DNA from: an uncultured Christensenellaceae bacterium
GTDB taxonomy: Bacteria > Bacillota > Clostridia > Christensenellales > Christensenellaceae
DNA length: 64,000 nucleotides
Assembly (NCBI GenBank): GCA_964454685.1
Contig: CAYVTZ010000010.1
Coordinates: 11,776 to 75,775 of the forward strand
Direction: 5' to 3'
Shown here: positions 56,006-64,000 of the stretch, piece by piece
Numbering within the stretch: the stretch's first letter is position 1
How the letters are laid out: each line of letters starts with the position of its first letter
The notes under the pieces: model-generated
Databases searched by the model: none
Told to the model about the DNA's origin: nothing
The model's input: only the letters and a program-made list of their open reading frames with translations
Program-made: the position numbers and the translations under genes

Positions 56006-57045
56006 CCCTTTTCAACTTCTTTTACGGCTTCAAACAGCGCCGCAATGTTCTCCGGCTTCACATCCGGCATAATCGCCTCATGGCTGGGCGAAACCACCAA
56101 ACCGGTGGGGAAAATCCTGCGCAGCTCGCGCACTTTGTTTTTGATGTCCTCAGGGCTGCCGTTCACCAGCAGATCCTGCGTGTCCACACCGCCGCAGAAG
56201 GCGCCCATCGCACCAAAATCGCGCGCAATGCGTTCCGGATCCATGCCCACCGCCAGTGCCTGTAAGGGATGCACGATGTCCACACCCGCCTCAAACAAAT
56301 CCGGAATCACCTCCGCAATCGCCCCACAGGAATGATAAATCACCTTTAAGCCAAATTCCTTCGCCTGTGCAACCAGGCGCTTCGCACCGGGAATCACAAA
56401 ATCACGCACCATTTGCGGAGAAAGCATTAATCCGCGCTGCGATCCCATATCGTTGCCAATCAGCACCGCATGCATACGTCCCTTTGCCGCTTTAAAAAAG
56501 ATTTCATTCGCCTTCAGATAAAATTGCACGATCTTCTCATCCACCGCCCGATATAAATCAGGGTTTGCTATCATGTTCATCATAGCATTTTCCATGCCAA
56601 ATGCTGCGCACGTATCCTGAAAATGCGCCGACCACACCACGCCCAGAATCGCCTTGTCCTTTGGCACACTGGAAAACATCTTCTCGCATTCTTCCAGCGA
56701 AATATATTTCTCCGGATCAGGCCAGTCAAATTTCTCCACGTCCGCAAGATCCTCGCTCTTTGCAAAGCAGCCTTCCTCGGTCAACGTACGCTCGTGCGAG
56801 TCCACATTCCCGTTTTGCTGAAAATCAAACGCCGCATAAATTGCATTGCTCGTCGGCGATTGATATGGCATTTCTATCGGATAAACATCATCGTCCAGCG
56901 CCGCTTTCAGGCCCGGCATATCCTTCACCCCAAAGTGCTTATACAAAATAGGCAGCGTCAACACATCCGGCACCCCCAGCCAGGATGCAGGATAGTCCAC
57001 CGCCTCTTTATTTACCGTTTTCATAAATCTTTCAATACTGTTCAT
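56002..57045 (-). CDS. URO-D/MtaA-family protein (uroporphyrinogen decarboxylase-like TIM barrel), function unknown
   Basis: I place the start at MNSIERF (AAAGGAGG upstream). GNDMGSQRGLMLSP and VIYHSCGAI are present. The HSCG motif resembles the HxCG zinc site of MT2/MtaA methyltransferases. Confidence 0.65.
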   Translation of the reverse strand: MNSIERFMKTVNKEAVDYPASWLGVPDVLTLPILYKHFGVKDMPGLKAALDDDVYPIEMPYQSPTSNAIYAAFDFQQNGNVDSHERTLTEEGCFAKSEDLADVEKFDWPDPEKYISLEECEKMFSSVPKDKAILGVVWSAHFQDTCAAFGMENAMMNMIANPDLYRAVDEKIVQFYLKANEIFFKAAKGRMHAVLIGNDMGSQRGLMLSPQMVRDFVIPGAKRLVAQAKEFGLKVIYHSCGAIAEVIPDLFEAGVDIVHPLQALAVGMDPERIARDFGAMGAFCGGVDTQDLLVNGSPEDIKNKVRELRRIFPTGLVVSPSHEAIMPDVKPENIAALFEAVKEVEKG

Positions 57046-57083
57046 AATTCCTCCTTTGGCGCAATCCTTTCTTTTCACACGCT

Positions 57084-58385
57084 CTACCGCGCATATTCCT
57101 CCGCCACACGCATGGCAATCTTTTCCCATTCCCACAAATTCTGCGGCTTATAATTCACGGTGGAAATGTCCTTCATAATGATCTCCACATGCCCTTCCTG
57201 CGCATACTGCATAAACTCGCGCAGATGCCGCTCCGCCTCCTGCGCATCAAACACAGATTCCGCAAAAATCGCGGGGGTTGGCTTGCGGCTCATCACATAA
57301 TCCTGCCCCACTGCCTCCGTGATTTTTTTGGTGTCACACCATGCAGATACCGACAACTTGCGCAGATTCGGGATTTTGCGCATAATGTCCATTTTATCGT
57401 GCAGCGGTTCGCAGCAGCCATAATAGGTGTGGCCAAACCGTTCGAGCCACCGCATGTCATGCTCTACCGCAAACTCCCAATGCATATCCGGTGATACGCT
57501 GGAAAAAATCTGCGCGTTAGAGCATCCCCACATATTATGCGGGTGCACATGCTCCGCGTCATATTCTGTTCCCGGCAGATCGGATACATATCCGTAGCCG
57601 CCCGACCCGATGCGCGTATTGTTGTTGTCCAAGGAAAGCAAGTTCAACTCATCCAGCTGATCCAGCTCACTCATCCACGCGTTGACCATGCGCTCATACG
57701 CAGCATGCACCATTTCCGGTCTCATCACCAGATCCATCATCGCCTCAGAAATTCCCCACCAGCGGATGAGGAAATCCCACGGCGTATACCAAATATGTGT
57801 CTGCCCCACCTTTTTTACATCAATAATGCCGTCGAACACATCCTTCATGGCAGCATAGCGATATTCCGTCGCCTTTTCCATGTATGTGATCTTGGGCAAT
57901 GCAATTTTTTCGATATCCTCCGGCTCTTTGATCTGTATTTTGAAGTGGCGAGAGTATATCTCATTGTTCGCGTCTGTATGTGCCGTTTCCACGTCTTCCA
58001 AAATGCCAAAATCCGTGCTGTGAAAAACCTTCGGGCATTCGATATAGTCGTTGACCACCATGTCGCCGGGCAAATGCCTGCTCTGGTAAATGGTGCGGCG
58101 CAGTGTGGTTTCCAGCTCCCTCGCCCAATCATGTTCGCATTGCAGCGTCAGCTCATCGTCCACATTCATCTCGTGCCACGGGATTTCATTGATCCATACC
58201 ATCGGACGTTTGGATTGCAAATCATTGAGCGCAGTCCACAGCGCAGCCTTGTTAGAAGCCTTGTCCGCAGCGCCAATGCGAGCGATCTCCTCACCCAGCC
58301 GCCGCAAAACATCCTTGTCCGCCTGCTTGAGATGGATTTCTTCCTCCACCGGTATGGGTATGATATGACTTGGATCGTGTAACAT
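57084..58385 (-). CDS. Hypothetical 433-aa protein, possibly a distant URO-D-like barrel
   Basis: I place the start at MLHDPSH (GAAGGGGGA upstream). I recognise no motif securely. It is flanked by two URO-D-family genes in the same operon. Confidence 0.4.
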   Translation of the reverse strand: MLHDPSHIIPIPVEEEIHLKQADKDVLRRLGEEIARIGAADKASNKAALWTALNDLQSKRPMVWINEIPWHEMNVDDELTLQCEHDWARELETTLRRTIYQSRHLPGDMVVNDYIECPKVFHSTDFGILEDVETAHTDANNEIYSRHFKIQIKEPEDIEKIALPKITYMEKATEYRYAAMKDVFDGIIDVKKVGQTHIWYTPWDFLIRWWGISEAMMDLVMRPEMVHAAYERMVNAWMSELDQLDELNLLSLDNNNTRIGSGGYGYVSDLPGTEYDAEHVHPHNMWGCSNAQIFSSVSPDMHWEFAVEHDMRWLERFGHTYYGCCEPLHDKMDIMRKIPNLRKLSVSAWCDTKKITEAVGQDYVMSRKPTPAIFAESVFDAQEAERHLREFMQYAQEGHVEIIMKDISTVNYKPQNLWEWEKIAMRVAEEYAR

Positions 58386-58606
58386 GTTGTTTCCCCCTTC
58401 TTGCATCAAAATATCTACAAATTTCAAAAACTCAATTCCATCACCAAACCGGATGGAAAATGCGCAAGTCTTGCCGCTTTCGGCCCCCGACAAAAGTCCT
58501 TTGATGCCGTGCTCTGTCTCGCTTTTCCAAGGCGCTATCCCCGCACCCGCCTTTGCCAAAGGTTCATCGAAGCCTCGTTATCCCCCGGATTCAAAGAAAA
58601 GGAAGA

Positions 58607-59659
58607 TTACGCGTTTTCTGAAAGCTTGGCAGCTTCTTCAAACATCGCCACCACATTGCGCGCAGGAATCTCCGGCAGAATATAGTCGTGCGACGCCGCT
58701 ACGATATACCGCCCATATTTCCCCAGCACCTCGATCATACGCCGCGTTTCATCACGCACTTGCTGCTCTGTACCAAATTTCAATATTTCATTCTCGTCTA
58801 CGCCGCCAAAAAAGACACAGTTGTCACGAAATGTCTCCACCAACGTTTCGGGGTTCATATGTTCCGCATTCACTTGTATGGGGTTGATGGCGTCCACACC
58901 GATATCAATCAAGTCTCCAATGATCTCGTGGATATCTCCGCAGGAATGAATCGCCGTTACGCAGCCATTCTGCTTCGCCTGCGCAATCAGCTTTGCCACA
59001 TATGGCTTGTAAAATTTACGCCACATGTCCGGTGCCATCAGCAGCGCCCGCTGCGATCCAAAGTCGTTCCCAATGAAATACATATCCACGCAGTCCGGAT
59101 TTTGCGCAAACACACGCCGATCCAGCTCATGATAAAATGCAAAGCACCGTTCAATGATTGCTTCACAAACCGCAGGGTTCGTATACATATTGATAAAGAA
59201 CTCTTCCATGTCCATCAACTCCGTGGAATCATGAAAGAATGGCGACCAGCACCCCCCGATCAAGCAATGATCCTTCACCTGCTCCCGCTGCTCTTGCGAG
59301 ATGGTGACGTCATAATCATCCGGATTCTCAAACCCACGGTACGCCTCCACCTCTGCCACACTCTGCGCGCCGGCCAGCGGATGCGTCATCGCCTGCCCAT
59401 AGAAAGCGCCGCCGCGCACAATGCCCCATTCGCACATGCGGGTGCCGTCCTCATACACCGCGCGTTCCGCGCCCACATAGCGCGGTCGAATGGTCATATA
59501 ATCGAGGTCCAGTCGATTGTAGAACGCATCCGGCTCATCCTGCGCGCCCAAATGCGCAATGATATTTTTCGTGGACTCCGCGTCTCCGCCATACCACATC
59601 GGAAAACGATCCATACTTTTGCGATAAAACGGTGCCAATGCACGTTGTTTGTTTGTCAT
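58607..59659 (-). CDS. URO-D/MtaA-family protein, paralogue of 56002-57045
   Basis: 350 aa. GNDFGSQRALLMAP and VTAIHSCGDI repeat the pattern seen in the other copy. Confidence 0.65.
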   Translation of the reverse strand: MTNKQRALAPFYRKSMDRFPMWYGGDAESTKNIIAHLGAQDEPDAFYNRLDLDYMTIRPRYVGAERAVYEDGTRMCEWGIVRGGAFYGQAMTHPLAGAQSVAEVEAYRGFENPDDYDVTISQEQREQVKDHCLIGGCWSPFFHDSTELMDMEEFFINMYTNPAVCEAIIERCFAFYHELDRRVFAQNPDCVDMYFIGNDFGSQRALLMAPDMWRKFYKPYVAKLIAQAKQNGCVTAIHSCGDIHEIIGDLIDIGVDAINPIQVNAEHMNPETLVETFRDNCVFFGGVDENEILKFGTEQQVRDETRRMIEVLGKYGRYIVAASHDYILPEIPARNVVAMFEEAAKLSENA

Positions 59660-59824
59660 TTCACGTTCCTGCTTTCATAGAATCAGATTCACCGGAATCA
59701 TACTTGTTGCAAGGTCGCGCCCACTTGCTCACGCCTGCTCTGCCTGTTGTCATGCAGACACGAATAAAAATAACATCTTATTCCCATTCGTTTTTACACC
59801 ACAGCATCAGAAAAAACTTTTTTT

Positions 59825-59851
59825 AAGAGAGGAGGAAAATCCCCCTCTCTT
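59825..59851 (-). promoter_or_regulatory. Intra-operon hairpin after the binding-protein gene
   Basis: AAGAGAGG-loop-CCTCTCTT lies 38 nt after the SBP stop. On the minus strand the tail is AAAAAAAGTTTTTT, so it is at best a weak terminator or attenuator. Confidence 0.35.
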
Positions 59852-59888
59852 TTCAGTGTGTCAATTCTCTCGACGTGTTGTCATCAGA

Positions 59889-61178
59889 TTACCACTGTGT
59901 CGGATAGAAGTTATCCACATTGTCTTTGGTAATCATGTCCGTGGAGAGGTAGCCAACCGGCATCACTTCTTCACCATTAAACCACTGTGCGATGGTGCGA
60001 GCTGCAAGACCAGCATCACCTTCCGCAGACTGATAGTTGATGACGAGCAGGTCGCCGCTCTTCACCAGATCCTGACCGGTCTTGGAGTTTCCTGCCGCAA
60101 CGATCATGATGTCGTCTCTGCCGGCTTCTTTCACCGCGTCCACTGCGCCAGTTGCCTGTGCAGAGTCGTCAGCCAGGAAGATCGCCTTCAGTTCCGGACC
60201 AAAACGGGTAATCCAGTCGGAAACAACCTGTTTCACTTTTGCAGCTTCAAAGCCGGGGGACTGGATGTCCAGCGTCTTGATGTTCGGGTATTTCGCTTTC
60301 AGCTCCGTGATCGGGCCATAGGTACGTGCATAGTAAGGGGAAGTACCAACGTTATGCGTGATGTACGCAATGCCGCCTTCACCGTTCATTGCAGTGCCCA
60401 GCGTGTCTGCCAGTGTTCTCATCTGTGCCCAGTCGTCGGGGCCGGTCCAGGAGATCATGTAAGGCATTGCATCCGAGGTCGGCAGCGTGTTGTAGCCGAA
60501 TGCCGGAATGCCCGCTTCCGTGATTTTACGGAATTGCTGTGTCGCGTTTTCAGCGGACAACGGAATCAATGCGATTGCATCGGGTTTCGCGTTGATCGCC
60601 TGGTCAATCATCTGATCCTGCAAAGCTTTGTCCCAGTTCGGGGAAAGAATTTCAACTTCCATACCCAGCGCTTCTGCAGCCTTTTTCCAGCCGTTCATGT
60701 TCGCGGTGGTCCAAGCATGGTCGCCGTGTACGATGACGATAACTTTTTTACCGATTGCGCCATCAGCCGGAGATTTCGGCAGATTCGGAGCTTTTGCGCC
60801 CGCATCCCAGCCAACATACTCCATGTCGTAGTATTTGCCGGATTCGTCTTCTGCCAACGCTTCAGGATCAGCCGGTCTTTCCGGGAACGGCTTTTCAATC
60901 GGGTCAGGCATAAGCTGCTGATTGTCCGTGCTCTTCGCTTCTTTGATCGCGGTTTCATACATCGCTTTGGAAGCAGTAAGGTTGTCGCCCGCCGGAGCTT
61001 CAGATGCCGGAGCCTCGGAAGCCGGAGCCTCAGAAGCCGGAGCTTCAGATGCCGGTGCCTCAGAAGCCGGAGCTTCGGATGCCGGAGCTTCAGATGCCGG
61101 AGCTGCGGCAGGTGCGCAAGCTGCAAACATCGTGCATGCCATTAAAACGGCAAGTGCAATTACAAGAAATTTTTTCAT
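59889..61178 (-). CDS. Sugar ABC transporter substrate-binding lipoprotein with a (SEAPA)x7 linker
   Basis: It has a lipobox (MFAAC), seven SEAPA repeats and a type I periplasmic-binding fold. Confidence 0.85.
   Translation of the reverse strand: MKKFLVIALAVLMACTMFAACAPAAAPASEAPASEAPASEAPASEAPASEAPASEAPASEAPAGDNLTASKAMYETAIKEAKSTDNQQLMPDPIEKPFPERPADPEALAEDESGKYYDMEYVGWDAGAKAPNLPKSPADGAIGKKVIVIVHGDHAWTTANMNGWKKAAEALGMEVEILSPNWDKALQDQMIDQAINAKPDAIALIPLSAENATQQFRKITEAGIPAFGYNTLPTSDAMPYMISWTGPDDWAQMRTLADTLGTAMNGEGGIAYITHNVGTSPYYARTYGPITELKAKYPNIKTLDIQSPGFEAAKVKQVVSDWITRFGPELKAIFLADDSAQATGAVDAVKEAGRDDIMIVAAGNSKTGQDLVKSGDLLVINYQSAEGDAGLAARTIAQWFNGEEVMPVGYLSTDMITKDNVDNFYPTQW
60991..61110. repeat. 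15-bp tandem repeat (about 8 units) encoding the SEAPA linker
   Basis: GCCGGAGCTTCAGAT-type units begin every 15 nt from 60991. Units differ at synonymous positions. Confidence 0.9.
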
Positions 61179-61223
61179 TGTCTTCCTCCTGTTTTTTTAT
61201 TCTTCCGGTTTCCCGGTAAGATA

Positions 61224-62267
61224 CTAAATTTTTTCTCGTCCCGTTTCCTTCTGGAACTGCACCAACAGGTTCGGACGCACACCGATGGTACGCTGTTTGT
61301 GATAGGTACTCAGTGTCTCGTAAATGACGCAGAACGCCAGCACCAGTCCAAGGAGTAGGATTTGATATTCAAACTTGCCTCCCAGCGTAGTCAGCACTGA
61401 CAGCATTGCTTGGATAGCAATGATGGCGATAAAGGTGTTTACCACCTTGCCCTTGCCGCCGTTGATGTCCGTTCCGCCGATGATGGTCGCCGTCAAGCCC
61501 ACCATCAAAGGCGCAATGCCCTTTTCTCCCATTGTGGGAGTTGCCGACCCTTGATATGCCGCAAACAGTGAGCCACCCAACGCGCACAGCACGCCCGATA
61601 TCACAAACACCAAAATCGTGTTCTTTTCGCTTTTGATTCCGGCGAGCCATGCAGTTTCCAGATTGCCGCCCATCAAATAGACGTTTCTGCCGAATCTCGT
61701 CTTGGCAAGCACAATCGCCAGCACCACAACCACAACCAACGTGATTGCAAAGGTCACAGAAATAGGCAACGCCGGAATGGGTGTCACACGCAGTGCGTCC
61801 GACAGCGCAAAGTCACCTTTTACACTGATTTCAGCACCGTTGCAGTAGATGTACATCAATCCGCGCAGTACAAATTGTGTGCCCAGCGTCGCAATGAAGG
61901 AGTGAATTTTTGCTTTTGCAACCAAAATGCCGTTGAACAATCCCGCCAGTGCACCCACACCAATCGCAATCATAAAGGCGAGCGGCCATGGAAGACCGGA
62001 AAGCGTGTGCATCCCCATTACGAGGATGGCACCCATGTTGGTCATATAGCCAACGGACAAGTCCATGTGTCCCGCGATCATACACAGCGTAAACGCGATG
62101 CCAATATAGACATACATGGTCGCACTGTTGAAGATCGAGGTGAAGTTATATAAGTTATAGAAGTTGGTTGCGAAGAGTCCCGCAATCAGCACACCCGCCA
62201 AGAACAGATACGCTCTGTGTTCGTTGATCCAACCGGCGTTTATTTTCATTTTTTTCGTCTGTTCCAT
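61224..62267 (-). CDS. CUT2 sugar ABC transporter permease
   Basis: 347 aa RbsC-like protein (HMDLSVGY motif). Confidence 0.85.
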   Translation of the reverse strand: MEQTKKMKINAGWINEHRAYLFLAGVLIAGLFATNFYNLYNFTSIFNSATMYVYIGIAFTLCMIAGHMDLSVGYMTNMGAILVMGMHTLSGLPWPLAFMIAIGVGALAGLFNGILVAKAKIHSFIATLGTQFVLRGLMYIYCNGAEISVKGDFALSDALRVTPIPALPISVTFAITLVVVVVLAIVLAKTRFGRNVYLMGGNLETAWLAGIKSEKNTILVFVISGVLCALGGSLFAAYQGSATPTMGEKGIAPLMVGLTATIIGGTDINGGKGKVVNTFIAIIAIQAMLSVLTTLGGKFEYQILLLGLVLAFCVIYETLSTYHKQRTIGVRPNLLVQFQKETGREKI

Positions 62268-63304
62268 TACGCCCTCCCCAGCTTTCTTTCAGAGTTGGTG
62301 TTCAGCCATACCACGAACAGGAATACAAGACCTGTCACCAGATACTGGTTGAATGTGGATACTCCCAGCAGTGTCATGATGTTATTTAGCATGCCGACTA
62401 CCAGCACGCCGCCGAATACGCCGATGATGCTTCCTTTTCCTCCGGAGAGCATCATACCGCCCAGCAATACAGCCGTCAGGCAGGAGAAGTCATAGCCTTC
62501 GCCATTGCCATATGCGCCTGTCTTGGCCTGCGATGCGTAGAAGATACCGGTAATTGCCGCACAAAACGAGCAGAAGATATAAGCAAAGATGATTACTTTT
62601 GCACTCTTAATGCCGGAAAGTTTCGCCACTTCATAGTTCGAGCCTACAATTTTCAACTGGTTGCCGAATTTTGTGCGAGTCATCAAAATGTACGCAATCA
62701 CGAACATTACGATCATCACCACCACCATCAGCGGCAACGCCCCGTTGAAGAAATAGATGCGTGCCAGCGAGTTGAAGATCTCCGCCGCCTGCATGCCCAG
62801 CTCACTGTTTGCGCCCATCACATCAGGGTATACTTGCGTTCCCTGCCATGCCACGCGCACTATGCCCGAAAGCACAAGGTTGAATGCCAGTGTCCAAATG
62901 ATGGGGTTTGCGCGATATTTTCCAATCAAGATTCCGTTCACCACGCCCACCAGCGTCCCGGCAATCAGTCCGCCCACCAGGCTGACTACGATGCCGTAAG
63001 GAATGAGCTGGATTGCCACCATGCCCGAAAGCGCGATGGTCATAGGCAGTGACATATCGTTGAAATTCGCGGAATAGACGATAAACGCCAAACCTGCGCA
63101 CGCGATGCCCGTCATCGCAACCGCGCTCAAAATGGAGCGAAGGTTTGCAATCGTCACGAAAGATTGCGGGTTGATGATGATGCCCACCACAATCAGTACG
63201 CCAACCATCACCCATATGCCGAGTTTATTGAGGATTACGCTTCCTTTGTTCAGCTCTGTCCGGCGCGTATCCGTCTTGACAGTCGCTGTTGCTTTGTTCG
63301 TCAT
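62267..63304 (-). CDS. CUT2 sugar ABC transporter permease (second subunit)
   Basis: 345 aa RbsC-like protein. Its stop overlaps the next gene's start, and its start overlaps the ATPase stop. Confidence 0.85.
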   Translation of the reverse strand: MTNKATATVKTDTRRTELNKGSVILNKLGIWVMVGVLIVVGIIINPQSFVTIANLRSILSAVAMTGIACAGLAFIVYSANFNDMSLPMTIALSGMVAIQLIPYGIVVSLVGGLIAGTLVGVVNGILIGKYRANPIIWTLAFNLVLSGIVRVAWQGTQVYPDVMGANSELGMQAAEIFNSLARIYFFNGALPLMVVVMIVMFVIAYILMTRTKFGNQLKIVGSNYEVAKLSGIKSAKVIIFAYIFCSFCAAITGIFYASQAKTGAYGNGEGYDFSCLTAVLLGGMMLSGGKGSIIGVFGGVLVVGMLNNIMTLLGVSTFNQYLVTGLVFLFVVWLNTNSERKLGRA

Positions 63305-64000
63305 GATATGTGTTTACCCTCCCCGTTTGCAGCGACCAGCAAGGAATGCTCGGTGATCTCTTCCTTACTGATTTCGCCAATAATCTGTCCTTCGCGCAGG
63401 ATAACAGCGCGGTCAGAAAGCCCGACCACTTCGGGCAAGTCGCTGGATAACAGAATCACAGCGTTGCCGCGCGCCGCATAGTCCAGCACTGCTTGGTGGA
63501 TGATCTGCTTTGCGCCGATGTCCACGCCGCGGGTCGGTTCGTCCAAGATCAGCACATTCACGTCCGTCGCCAGCCATTTTGCCATCAGCACCTTCTGCTG
63601 ATTGCCGCCGGAGAAGTTGTTCACAATGCGATCCGGTTCGGGCGGATATACGGAAAGCTCCGCAATCTTCTCATTCACGATGCCCAAATGTTTTTTTGGA
63701 TTGTAGAAGGGTCCTTTTTCCAAATTGTCAATAATGGCGGAAAGCACATTGTCTGTCACGCTCTGTTTGAGCGCCAGCCCCGCCACTTTGCGATCCTCGG
63801 TCAGATAACCAATGCCCGCCTGAATCGCTTGAGACATATTCTTAAATTCACATTTCTTGCCGTTCAGCGTCACCGTTCCTTCGTCCAGCGGATCTACACC
63901 GCACAAAACGCGTCCGATTTCGCTTCTTCCTGAGCCTGCAAGACCAACCACCGCCAGCACCTCGCCCCTGTGGAGCTCAAAGTCAATATGATGGAAGAAT
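63301..64000 (-). CDS. CUT2 sugar ABC transporter ATP-binding protein, C-terminal half only (continues past the right edge)
   Basis: It has the second-domain Walker A (GLAGSGRSE), FSGGNQQK and ILDEPTRGVD. The reading frame is open to position 64000. Confidence 0.85.
   Translation of the reverse strand, partial: FFHHIDFELHRGEVLAVVGLAGSGRSEIGRVLCGVDPLDEGTVTLNGKKCEFKNMSQAIQAGIGYLTEDRKVAGLALKQSVTDNVLSAIIDNLEKGPFYNPKKHLGIVNEKIAELSVYPPEPDRIVNNFSGGNQQKVLMAKWLATDVNVLILDEPTRGVDIGAKQIIHQAVLDYAARGNAVILLSSDLPEVVGLSDRAVILREGQIIGEISKEEITEHSLLVAANGEGKHIS

Noticed and set aside
56002-59659. Heme biosynthesis hemE genes.
   Set aside because: No other hem genes are nearby, there are two or three paralogues inside a sugar operon, and an MtaA-like HSCG motif is present. 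These were called URO-D-family proteins of unknown function instead.

Overview
The window is chromosomal DNA that looks like a relatively GC-rich anaerobic Firmicute (Clostridia); that taxon call is a guess from gene content and codon style only. It is densely coding. I saw no transposase, integrase, CRISPR array or rRNA. All family assignments rest on motifs read by eye and remembered homologues, because no searches were run.

**1. Region 1-24.5 kb (mostly minus strand): a large anaerobic C4-dicarboxylate-to-butyrate redox locus.**
- It starts with an LDH-like malate dehydrogenase and a class II fumarase.
- These are followed by a heterodisulfide-reductase/Flx-type module (hdrB, hdrC, hdrA, mvhD and three Flx-like Fe-S/flavin subunits).
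- That module is packed directly against a soluble FrdB/FrdA-like pair. This is my top candidate for an uncharacterised Hdr/Flx-coupled, possibly electron-bifurcating, fumarate reductase.
- The full succinate-to-butyryl-CoA route is also present: cat1, sucD, 4hbD, abfT, abfD and bcd-etfBA.
- A beta-carbonic anhydrase and Nfu-like and CGGC-motif small proteins accompany it.

**2. Region 24.7-29.9 kb: a hydrogen-sensing cassette sitting directly upstream of abfD.** It holds a 2Fe-2S ferredoxin, a PAS-containing sensory [FeFe]-hydrogenase (HydS-like), a PP2C phosphatase, a catalytic [FeFe]-hydrogenase and an atypical CitB/DcuR-type response regulator with Asp-to-Glu at the phospho-acceptor position.

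**3. Region 30-42 kb: housekeeping and miscellaneous genes.** These are nox, a DUF4349 lipoprotein, a DEAD-box helicase, valS-folC, tRNA-Val and an ECF sigma/anti-sigma pair.

**4. Region 42.5-50 kb: a LacI-controlled CUT2 ABC sugar or polyol locus** with an FGGY kinase and a Zn-dehydrogenase.

**5. Region 50-54 kb: regulators** (AraC, DeoR, MarR) plus a nitroreductase-pirin pair.

**6. Region 53.9-64 kb: a 6-deoxyhexose-type operon.** It contains a CUT2 ABC transporter, a RhaM-like mutarotase and FucI. Embedded in it are two URO-D/MtaA-family proteins and a 433-aa unknown, with no heme or corrinoid genes nearby.

**Non-coding oddities:**
- A 662-bp spacer carries 106-bp tandem repeats and hairpins.
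- A structured GC-rich repeat lies between abfD and nfu.
- A candidate 51-aa ORF, absent from the ORF track, sits in the hdrC-hdrA gap.
- Several perfect palindromic operators are present.
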